From positions 314,123 through 378,122 of the forward strand of contig MU006102.1 in assembly GCA_010093705.1 (NCBI GenBank): a stretch of DNA of 64,000 nucleotides, given 5' to 3'. Made by a program: the position numbers and the translations under genes. Positions 12,815 through 23,762 of this stretch are shown piece by piece. This DNA is from Patellaria atrata CBS 101060. Its lineage: Eukaryota. Each line of letters starts with the position of its first letter. Position 1 is the first letter of the stretch. The notes below the pieces were generated by a model. It did not search any database, had not been told where the DNA came from, and saw only the letters and a list, made by a program, of their open reading frames with translations.

Positions 12815-14011
12815 CACAACAGGGGAACCGGGTATCTACACTCGCCGGAGCTCATCCGTAGAAGGGGTGCTAAAATCTTTAAGAATCTATTATACTAAGT
12901 TTTATATTATTTCGTCTATAATTTAAGTAATAAATTGATATTTTAAGATATTATAGTTTAAAAGTTGAAGATTTAAATAATAATATTCATTTATAAATGT
13001 TAAGGCTCGAATAAGTACTTAATAGGTATGTTAACGACGGGGAGTTTATACTTCTAAGCCGGAACCAGATAGGTATAAACACGCGCAAGGTTTCTCACAG
13101 ATGAGAGACCTCCTTCCTCGAAGGGTTAGGTTTCCGCTTCGTAATAGAACGTGTAAAGGTTTGCACTTCAAGTTGACGATACAACCTGCTTTCCCTTAAC
13201 TCTCTCAAGGCTTCATAGTAGAGACAAGTGATACTGTACGAACACAGTAAAACAAAGGCGAGTTAAGTCAAAGATCGTAATATCCAATTTAGACGGTGAA
13301 AGAACTACAAAGAATCTAAATACATGCGTAAAGGAGCGTCCTTAAGTATTCCTTTTCCGAGCCCTGTTTTGAGTGTTTGGATGTGCTGGACGTTTGACTC
13401 TTCTTGCGTCCATTGCGTCCAAATCCCTCTGGACGTGTTGGACGTTCAACTCTCTCTGCGTCCACTGCGTCCAAACCATTTGGACGTGCTGGAACGGAGG
13501 AAGGCCACGCGGTACAACTTCGGGGAAAACTCAGCGATATAGAGGTCACGTGAATTGGACGCAGGGACGCAGAAGAGTTGGACGTCCAGCTCGCCAACTA
13601 CATGTCCTTTCAACTTGTGGCTATAACATTTTTTTTTTTTGAAAACTAAATTATAATAATTATTAGTAATTCAAAATATTTGAGAATTAAATTTAAAAAG
13701 TTTAATTTTAATAAATTTATAAAAAAGGATTAAAATTGTATTTTTTATTTCTTATTATTATTTAAAAAAAATTTTCTATTATAAACTTTTAAAATATTTA
13801 GATCTTATATTAATTATTTTTTTTATCTTAACTTTATATTAAAATATTTTTAAGTTTCATTTTATTATAATTTAATTTTTTTCAAATATTCAAATTAAGT
13901 ATAAATTAGTATAATTATAGGTAAAAATAAATAGATTCTTATTAAAATCCTTTATTTATAAGCTAATCTCGCCTATTTACCGGAGGGTAGATACCCGGTT
14001 CCCCTATTGTG
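12815..14011. mobile_element. About 1.2 kb segment bounded by 25-bp inverted repeats, with AT-rich (RIP-like) blocks inside; possible non-autonomous TE relic
   Basis: 12815-12839 CACAACAGGGGAACCGGGTATCTAC versus 13987-14011 GTAGATACCCGGTTCCCCTATTGTG (24/25 reverse complement). Interior has TA-rich blocks at about 12875-13025 and 13628-13962. No transposase ORF or clear TSD. Confidence 0.45.
13378..13590. repeat. About 52-bp tandem repeat (two full copies plus a partial) and an inverted copy
   Basis: Units resembling TGGACGTGCTGGACGTTCAACTCTCTCTGCGTCCACTGCGTCCAAA start at 13378, 13430 and 13481 (partial); reverse-complement copy at 13555-13590. Confidence 0.85.
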
Positions 14012-14184
14012 CTGTGTGCTCTTTGACTGAGTCGTGAATTATTTACTGTCTTAGCTCGAACTGTAAATCTTGAGAATGTAGGGTAACAGTCAAGGTCTGT
14101 CAGAGAGTATTGACCCGTAATACTCTCTGAACAAGCTACAAGTTGACATTGATGGCAGCAACAGAGATAAGATGCAAGAGGTTC

Positions 14185-14654
14185 CCGAGGATGAGTAGTG
14201 AAAAGGAGCTCTCGGAGTAGTACCCTTGATCCCGACGAAAATTTATGCCCTGATTCTGAATCAACCAAGTACAGGGACATAATGAGGTACAGACGAGAAA
14301 TGAGTTGGAGTTTGTCGTCCGATGAACGAAGAGAGTGAGGTGGTGGAGACTGGAACTGGAAGAAATGGTTTGCTTAGTCATCACCCCCGTTTGCCTCGTC
14401 TTACCTTAACCTCATTCCCCATATCGTTACCGACGTGAAGGATATGCCTACTACAATGTGAAGAAGTGAATCTCTATCTTCGACTCAGTGTGAACTGCAT
14501 CGCGGATTTAACACTATGTCCGATGGTATTGTACCGAGGATTCTCGTTAGGTAACGTACTTAATCCCATGATGGTTCCCTGTACTCACACGGTTTTACAT
14601 AAATAGGCGATCTATAGGGTTAGCGGATAGCATCCGCTCTGAACCGTTCCGAGG
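14185..14654 (+). promoter_or_regulatory. Three CCGAGG hexamers (FarA/FarB-CTF1 consensus CCTCGG) upstream of the P450
   Basis: CCGAGG at 14185, 14534 and 14649, all in the same orientation and all followed by A. Confidence 0.45.
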
Positions 14655-15024
14655 ACCTCAAGATCGACTTCGACTAATAATGTTAGATACTTTCCTTAAC
14701 GGAGGGGCATCCGTGCTGTAGACCCTGCACAGAGTCACAACACCCCATGTGGGGTATGATAGAAGATGAGGAGCGCGTAACATCGGCTGTTTCCCGATAG
14801 CCGCCCAAAAGCTTCAGAAAGCTCTGCCTGGCTGTAATATAGAGATATCTATTGGCTCTGTAAGCATGGTTTGTTAGTCGACCACGACGGTGGTGAAGGG
14901 GGATGAAGGACTTAATATTTACCCTATAAGCCGCTTCTCCAGGGCATTTTTCTCATTGCTTCATTGTCTTTTTTTCACCTTAATCTTTCTTACCTCCCCT
15001 CTGTCATTTTCCAGACCATCCATA

Positions 15025-16859
15025 ATGGATAGAATTGAGAATTTCGGCGATCCCGTAACGGGTATGCGTAGCACATATGACCGTTTGGTATTTGCAAGTA
15101 TCCCGTTAGGTGGTGGTATTGTTGTGTATATTGTTGGGCTTATAGTCTATCGGCTTTGGTTGCATCCACTTGCAAGATTCCCTGGTCCATTCTTAAACCG
15201 TGTGTCAGATGTAAGTATCTCGAGTTCCTTCTCAGAGCTCAGTGATTGACTCTCAACAGCTGCCCGGTGTGATATGGGTCCTCAGAGGCCGGCTACCAAT
15301 GGAAACTAAGAAATTGCACGATAAATATGGACCTGTCGTCCGCTTAAGTCCCAATGAGCTCGCATTTAATACAGCACAAGCATTCACGGACATATACGGC
15401 CACAAAGTGGGCAGGAAGGACCTTCCAAAAGATCCTATCCATGTAGGTGCTGTCGATCCGCTTCCAGGGGTTTCCACCATCTCAATGGCAGATCATGCAA
15501 CACATGCACGGCAGCGGAAAGCTCTATCTTTTGGATTTTCCAAACAAGCGCTGTGGTCACAAGAGAGTATCGTGAATGAGTTCGTGACTAAGTTGATGAA
15601 CAATTTCCACAACTTTGCTAGGACTGGGGAGGTTTTTGATATCGTCAAATGGTTCAACTTCATAACCTTTGATGTTATTGGAGACCTTTCATTTGGGGAG
15701 TCTTTCGGCTGTCTTGAAAGAGGAGACTTTCATTTCTGGATTACGCTCATATTCGAAGCTGTTAAGGCCGGTGCCATTGAGCAGGCGACTAGACGATTTG
15801 CTACTCCTGGGTCATCCACCCAGAAGTTTCTAATGAAGTTGATTCCCAATGAGTTGAGGAAGCGTAGAGCGGATCATCTAGCGTACAGTAGGGAAAAAGT
15901 CATGCGGTTGGTAGCCTGACACCGTATTTTTGACAATACTGACCAGGCTCGATAGGAGGATAAACGACACAAAACAAACGCGCAAGGACTTCATCCACTA
16001 TATCATGAAGCAATCTGAACACTACGACTTATCTCAAGATGAGATCATAGTTAACGCTGCCTTATTCATGTTAGTGCTAAGTTGCCAATGGTCAATGAAA
16101 TAAGGCTGACTTGTATTAGTGTTGCCGGAAGCGAGACTACAGCGTCGTCACTCGCAGCACTGACGAACAATCTTCTGCGCAACCCAGATGTTTTTACCAA
16201 ACTCAAAGCTGAGATTCGGGGTCGCTTCAAGACAGAAGAGGAAATATGTCTCGCAGAAGTTGTTGAACTCCCGTACCTCACGGCTTGCATCGAAGAGGGA
16301 CTGAGAATATTTCCACCTGCACCAATTGGGTTTTTGAGAACTATTCAACCACAAGGAGACACTATTGATGGGTGTTTCATTCCTGGAGGAGTAAGTTGCA
16401 CCGCAGCCTATTTTGGTCTTGACGGATTTTGTTAACGTGCTTAGACTGCGGTATCCGTTAGCACATGGTGCGCTCAGCACAGCCCTGAGAACTTCAAAAA
16501 TCCAGACTCGTTCATTCCGGAACGGTGGATAAGTGATGAATACAAGAGTGATCAGAAGGGCGCGAGTCGTCCATTCTCACTTGGACCAAGAGGCTGCATT
16601 GGGAAAGAGTAAGTTGTCAACCATGGAAATCGGTGACCTTATTATGACAAACCCTGCTAATTGGTATAGTCTTTCCTACCTTGAAATGCGTCTTGTTCTT
16701 GCCCGTATGATCTGGAACTTCGATATCAACAGCGCGGACAAGGCTGAGGAATGGGATCCAGAAGACAACATGAAGAACATGAAGGCTTACTCGACATGGC
16801 AAAAGCCTGAATTGAAAATCAGGATGTGTGTTGTGGATCGATCTACACCGGCAACTTGA
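15025..16859 (+). CDS. Cytochrome P450 monooxygenase (CYP65/Tri11-like group), about 6 exons
   Basis: N-terminal TM then LHPLARFPGP; KYGPVVRLSPNEL; FDVIGDLSFGESFGCL; I-helix AGSETTA; EGLR (ExxR); FIPERW; heme motif PFSLGPRGCIGK. Confidence 0.95.
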
Positions 16860-17718
16860 TCTTGCATGAGTACTCAGCCAGAAACTTCATTCCCCTCTAC
16901 CGCATCGGTGACCTCTCAGTTTCCGCGCCCTGTTGTACACATATGGTAACGGCGACCGTCAATTACAACTTCCCATTTAATTTTACGGGCCTGTAAGGTA
17001 TAGTTGAAGACGAAGGTGGATTTGTTCTAGTTGTCCAGTTGGCCAGAGAGACCATTCCCAGTGTAAGGCTATGATAACTGCGTTGGACCAACATCGACTA
17101 CAGAAGGAAGAAAGGGTACTGCGACGGGAGAATTGCTATCTTAGGTAGCAAGACAAATAATATTTTCACATGACTAGTGTTCGCATTTCCCAGTTGCGAT
17201 ATACCTGCTGTACCCGTGGAGAAATAATATGGATCGAGCTTTCTCCGAACTTGCCCTTCTCTGCACAGTAAAGCTGGAACTTCTCTTTGGTGCGAGTTCA
17301 CAGTAGTAAGAACGCCTTGATAAAATGAATGAACGAAGCTGTACGGAAGGTAATGTTTCGTTTGTTTTATCCTCCCTTGAGTGCATTTACGGTTGACTAG
17401 TATTAAATTCAGTCGCTTTGGTATGACAACAGTGTGCCGTTGCTATCATATCCCCTTAGAAGGCACGGTGGAGGTGTACAGAAACCGCACTCCTTTGCAC
17501 GCAACGGAAGCTCTCATCACCCCTTAAATATATCTTTTCTCTTTTGTTTTTTTTTTCTCAATAATAACTTTCGCTCTTTGCAGGTTATTTCTCTCAACAT
17601 GTGGTATCTTCAGCAATCATTCTGCATAATACTTGTTGATAGAGCTGCGCTTCTCTTCTGTACATTCATTTCCGTATTCACTTTACTATCTACGTCTGTC
17701 AATACTGTAATCATTCAT

Positions 17719-18840
17719 ATGAGGTACCCATTACTCGGAACTCTCTCTAACACAACACAATTTCCACATCACCAACCCATTAGCTCGACATGCCTCACAG
17801 AAAACCTCACAATAAGTTCTCTTACGGCCATACCCACTGGAAACAAAAAACAAATTTGTAGCAGAGACGCCTCGCACAGAATCTAATACACCGGCGTAAT
17901 TGGCATTGTAAGTATCCAATGGCCAATCCGTACGTCATAGTCCCTGTACTAATATCAATGCGGTTATTAAATTCAACAGATATTTGTATAGTAGATCCAG
18001 TTCTTCGGATAGTCTTTCCAGCTCCTCGTCTGATCGACATGTCATCCTCCACATCACATATCAGCCCGATCCAAGAAGCGGCCCCACCAACTGCTCAATC
18101 TTCGTGTGATCGAATAGATATCCGTTCCCCGGCCATCTATTTCATGATCAATACAGTCAAGACAACGAACAGCCACATGAAAGAGAACCTGAACCTCCAA
18201 GAGGGGTGGAGGAAAGGGCCAGGTACGGTACAATCTATCCTTCCCATGGTTTTGTACCTAGTCTCTACCCTACCAGCGCAGTATGATCTGAGCCACCACT
18301 CTACTCCACCCTACCTGTACAATTACTAGAGTTATACTTCACCATTCCTTGTCTGATGATCCACCCCTTTTCACTATCTGGATCCCCTATGCACCACACT
18401 CTTACGACTATGCTAATGCTAATGCGCGATATTAGACAAATTACCCACGAGCGGTTCTCGACCAACAAACTCGCCTCCGTACTCTTTTCTATCTACAATA
18501 CACATTTCAATTGTGATTTTTCCGAGCTCAAGGTTAGGGGCCATGTCGCGCCCTTCAACGCCTAACGGATATTCCAATGGTATACGAAAGCGTCACACTC
18601 CAAGGCGATCTAGCCTTGCTCTCACAGAATATAGCGCAAATCCATCGCCTTGGACAAACTACGGAATGCCTATTCCTATGTGAAGCATGAGATGGGAGCT
18701 TTTCCGCAGACCAGCAATCCCTACGCCCCTGAAGATTGGACGAGTACTGCACTGGCCATTGCGGCTGCAAGCGTGAAAAGGATGACACTTTCAGTTGCAG
18801 AAACACAACTACTCTGCTCACGCCACAAACAATAGTAATG
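17719..18840 (+). pseudogene. Decayed Zn(II)2Cys6 transcription factor (tentative)
   Basis: ATG AG|gtaccc..cacag|A gives MRKPHNKFSYG[H]TH[W]KQK, then via frameshifts QIC-SRDASH[R]I*[Y]T-RRNWH-CKYP. The C-x2-C-x6-C-x6-C-x2-C-x6-C-x-YP spacing is kept, but four of six Cys are mutated and stops follow. 3' extent is uncertain. Confidence 0.5.
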
Positions 18841-20213
18841 TCGCCGTTTATAGTCAATCAACTCCTCCTACCAGCAACTAAGAGCAAGTCTAACGAGGAA
18901 CCGTACAGGGAGAGTATTAATGTTTCAACCCCCGCTTGTGGTAAGGATTATGTTCTCTCAGTTTAGATTATCGGTTGTTGTACATTCCTGTTACTTTCTT
19001 GCAACTTTCTGATTCCTGCACTTGCGGATGGTACTGGGTCTTCATGAGTGACTGGACTAAATCGTTCACCTGTTGAAAATCTGAAGGCATTTTGAGTCAA
19101 GGACTCTATAATGCTCCTCTAGCGATACCTTTTATAATAAAGAGTGGGTGGAGTGAAGGAACGTACTGTATATAATTCTTCGCTGTGGTACATCTGGACA
19201 ATCAGATGAGGTCATTTTGTATCAATGAATGAAATGAAATGATCATATATTAGCAATAGGAGTTTTGTTGATTTATTCCCGTGTCCCCGCACTTTAAACA
19301 CATCATAGCTCGCTGTGCCTAACCTAGTGTGTCATTGCTTCAAATTATGTACAGTGTCGAACCATATATTCCGCTGAATTGCACAGTTTGGTGGAATGGA
19401 CACGAGATATAGCGATAGAACGATTTCGTTGATACGCTATTAACGGTAACGGTTCTTGCATACAGCTGCAGGTGAAACTACAACTACAAGAATCTCCTCA
19501 CATTCTTGAGAAAGGTGAAGATGAGTTACAGACCAGCACTGGAATACGCAATTCTCGTTCAGTTCGAACGAATGCGTAGGAGACACTTTATAAGTTCAGG
19601 TACAGTACAAGTTCCACTAATTCCATGATAGGATTCCACTATATAATAGTTACTGTTTCGTACGGTGAGCTTGCCGATAGAGTCGACCTAGAGATCTCAC
19701 AAAAGTGCCATAAAAGATTTTGCATGATAAGATACGGAACGTCCAAGGTACGGATGCTGAGGAGATGTACGGCGCACTTATTTGTACCTTCAGGTAGATA
19801 GGCTCCTCGAAGTAGTAGCTCGGGTTTCCAATGATCTATACAGCGGGAGCTTTCGTACAATTGAGGAAACGTTGAACTGTCATGTTTCCGTACGGTCTAT
19901 GTCACTTGTATATGTCTTATAGTCTTAGGGTGTGGCTACTGTTGAGTCGTTTCGTAGGATCAGTAGTCTAATACAATCTTGTCGCTTCAGTACGGAAAAA
20001 GCTCATCGCGAGCGAAGAACGAAAGCATAGAGTAGTAAGAGAAAGAGGTGTTGTAGATGGAAGTTAAAGAAAATCAGGGGTATGATTAATGCATGAAATC
20101 CCACATTAGCTCCCGGCTTGGCTACATACACATAAGATTGACTTCACTGTCATAGCTCCTCTCAATATGGAGAGTTCAAATAGAATTATGCTGACAATGA
20201 CTCTGCGACCATT

Positions 20214-23110
20214 ATGGACTTCGTGAGTTTCTACTCCATTCTGAACCTTGACAATCTACTGATATTATGTGGTTCCAGTGGTCGCGCCTCATAGGAGGTT
20301 CAAGCACTAAGAAACGTCCTTCCAACAACCCTCAGGAACGTCTAGCACGCTTCAAGAAAGTTCATAACCAGATCCTTGTACGTCTAAATATGTTCAAGGT
20401 CTGCTCGAACTCTTCTCACATATCTGTAGCAAACATGGCAAAAGGCCTCTTCCCTCGCGACAGATCAGACAGCCATCGATAACCTCCAAGACTACTTCCA
20501 GCGCATTACAACGATTCTTAACGATGAGTCCCGCTCTCCCGCTCCGCATCTATGCCTCACCTACGCAGCCTCCTCCCACATTTTCAGCGCGGTATCTAAG
20601 ATTGCTTCGACAGCGTTTAACGAGAGCCTTGTCCGTGAGGCGGTGGGGTTGTTCAGTGCGCTCATAGACAGCGAGGAAGAAGGGTTCCTAGAAAATGAAC
20701 ACTTCGCAGATGCGCTGATGACATTTATTGGGAAGGTATCTGGACCCACAAATGTAGCCGTAGGGGAAGATACAGATGGTGAGATTGTAGAGTTGCTCTT
20801 TGGAATCGCGGCAAAGATTAGACTACAGCCGGAGATACTGCCTGTGTGGTTTACGACAAAAACGAGACTATCAAGGGAAGAAGATGAGAATAGGGGGAGA
20901 AGTTTGACCAAGGGCAAGCCCGTTGATTTTGCGGGCATTACGCAAAAAGAAGACTTCCCCCTGTGCTACCAACTTATCGACCACGTCCATCATGAGGGAC
21001 GTATTGGAGATTTCGCGCGAACGGGCTTGCTATATATCTTTGAATCTGCAAGTAAGAGTCAAAATTTGGAGCAGTGGATTGTTGAAAGTGATTTACCGAC
21101 GCTCATGGCCAGTGGACTTGGGGCGTTATATAGCCAGCTGAGCAGGAAACTATCCATCGTACACCGTGAGACGGAATTGCCCATAATCCTGGCATTGTCA
21201 GATTATGGTGAACCACAAGCATCACACGAAGCGGACAATATGTACTCCCCAGAATTCCAAGTGCACATGGATACATTCCTGTCTTACTTGACATTCTGGC
21301 AGGATGTACTTGAGCATTGTCGATCCATTGATGTCAAAGAGACCTTGATTGATCACTTTCGAGTGCTGTTCCTGCAGCAACTCTTGTAGGTACGCATCTT
21401 CACTCGTTAGGGTACTACTAAATTTCCGACAGATACCCTTCATTGCTAGAATCGTCGGATGTAGACGGTGGTTCTTCCGTCGCAGTCCTGACGTACTTGC
21501 GACGCATTCTCGATGCTCTCGATCACCAAGAACTCGTTCACATGATATTACACTACCTCTTAGCATTACCGGAGGATAGTGGTCTGCCAAAAACCCCTAT
21601 ATCTCCGGTTGCGATTAAAAGAAGAGCGTCCCTGATGATGCTCACCCAGCTTGAAAATGAGGATGAGAGACTCAATCCTTCCCTCTTTAATCTGGTCGAT
21701 CTTGTCCTGAACGGTGTTCAGTCGCGTAACTCCCAAACTGTCATTGCCGCACTCAAGCTTGTTACTGTAATCCTTAGTAAGAATCACGGATATGCGGTTG
21801 GAACTCTTCTTAGAACGGCCAAATCGCACACTTCAGAACCACAACGCACAATCGGAGCACTCAATACTGAACTCGAATCTTATCTGGAGCTTGCTGCAGA
21901 CTTTGGCGGCGAATCTGGTCTTGATGAAGCATACGAGTCGCACCTAAAAGATGTCCTCAACCTGCTCGAAGTACATCCTTGTTCCGCACGCAAACTGGCC
22001 CCAGAAACCTCATCTCACCAAATCGACTATTTCACCCAACCATCGGGTAGATCCGTGACTCGACATTATCTAGAACTTGACGACAACCTCATGAATTCTC
22101 TCATTACGCTTCTCAAGACCTTCTTTTCTAATGACGTCGAAACTAACCTCAGCCTCATAGAAACCATTATCGCTCTCGTCTCCTGCGCCCATCTGAACCT
22201 AGACCCCTGGTTCTGCATCGATCCCTCGGCCTACCGCTTCTCTAACACCACCGCCACATCCTCCGACCCCGACTCCCCCTTCACAACCCTCTACCTCGCA
22301 CGCCGCCGCCCAATCCTCGATCCAGCAACTGCACCCCCCCTCTTCACAACCCTCCAATATCTCCACACCCAACTCGACGTCCTCCGCATCATCATCCCGG
22401 ACCTGGACATCCACCTCCTAAACCGTAAACAAGCATTCCGCGTCCATGAAGACATCACAGATGCCATCCGCACCGCGCCCCTGCGCATGAGACCGAAGCC
22501 CACCTCCCCCATCACTGAAACACCGCCGGGGGGTTGGACCCCTCAGGCGCAACCTCGCGCGATTCCAGCACATGTGAGACAGGGCACCCGCGATTCGTCG
22601 CGTGCTAGTTCGCCTAGAGGAAGGGAAGGGGGGAGTGGGGAGTTTGGGTCTATGCCGAGGAGGTTGGGGTCGGGGGTAAGAAGCGTGGTTGCGAGTCCGT
22701 CGAGAGAGAGGAGAGGTGGTGGGAGGTTTGGTGGGAGTGATGAGGTCGAGCAGGAGCGGTTGCTTGATGAGGTTGTTGGGTTGGCGAAGGGGGATGGGGA
22801 GGTGCTTGGAAGGAGGGTGAGGTTCCCGCTGAAAATGCAGCGGAAAAAGCAGGTTGGAGATAAGACGGAGTCTGAGACTGTGCGGATTAGAGAGCGACGG
22901 GATGGAGAAGAGGGTGAGAGTCTGAGTGATGGAGTACAAGATGGTGGTGAGGGGAAGGTGGTGGTCCAAGAGGGTGAGAAAGAGGATGAGAGGAAAGCAT
23001 CCGTGAGCCATGTCCTCACCAATGCTATCATCCTGCAGGAATTTGTCCTTGAGATCGTGGCTGTGTTGCAGATACGCGCGAGCCTTTTTTCTGAAGTTAG
23101 GTTTGGGTGA
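20214..23110 (+). CDS. FHIP / RAI16-like (FTS-Hook interacting protein, FhipA-type)
   Basis: MDF|WSRLIGG start, VELLFGIAAKIRLQPEILPVWF, HHEGRIGDFARTGLLYI, SDLPTLMASGLGALYSQLSR, LYPSLLESSDVDGGSSVAVLTYL, C-terminal SVSHVLTNAIILQEFVLEIVAVLQIRASLF. Confidence 0.9.
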
Positions 23111-23425
23111 TACCCTTCTGTTCTAAAATGAAAAAGTCGATACTTAAACGATTCATTAAAATTATGCCCTTTCCCTCCCTTGCTTGATTTTAAATGGGAG
23201 GTGTTCGTTAGTACTGGTTTAGTATTGAGAATGAGTCAGTCTTGTTCGCTAATATACCTTCTATGTGGATACACAAATGTGTTCGGGAACTAGTGGGTTG
23301 ATTTGAAAGTGATGAGATGGTATATGGTAGTAACCATGCTTTCTTGTTTCATGAGATATGGTCTGAGAGTTAGGCACAGACATGAAATACTGTAAGTTAG
23401 GATAGTAGTAACTCTAAATAGACTA

Positions 23426-23650
23426 TTTCAGCCAACAGTACATAACACTTGTATAAGGTTTTAGCCAATGGTACATGATCCTTGGTATAATACCTCAATT
23501 AAAACTACATCATATTTGGTACAGTACTTCAGCCAACGGTACATGATACTTGGTGAGATCCTTTTACCAATTATGCATAATACTTGATATAAATCTTGAA
23601 CCAACAGTACATGATAATTGGTATAATACCTTAACCAATGGTGCATGTTT
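23426..23650. repeat. Degenerate 33-34 bp minisatellite, about 7 copies
   Basis: Units like CCAAYRGTACATGATACTTGGTATAATACYTYAR start at about 23432, 23465, 23499, 23533, 23567, 23601 and 23635. Confidence 0.85.
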
Positions 23651-23762
23651 CTTGGATTTCTTAGATTTTTAGATTAATATTTATAACCTATGTTACATCA
23701 CTCTATGCAGCATATCTTAGCCCCTACTACCTGATCCCCGGTAGGATATTTTATTCTGTACC

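Noticed and set aside
22418..23031. Long antisense ORFs (197 and 162 aa) over the FHIP 3' end; similar ones over VPS34 and HAT1
   Set aside because: Shadow frames caused by strong G/C skew depleting stop codons; low-complexity products.
23426..23650. Possible CRISPR-like array
   Set aside because: Units are contiguous and degenerate with no unique spacers, no cas genes, and the context is eukaryotic.
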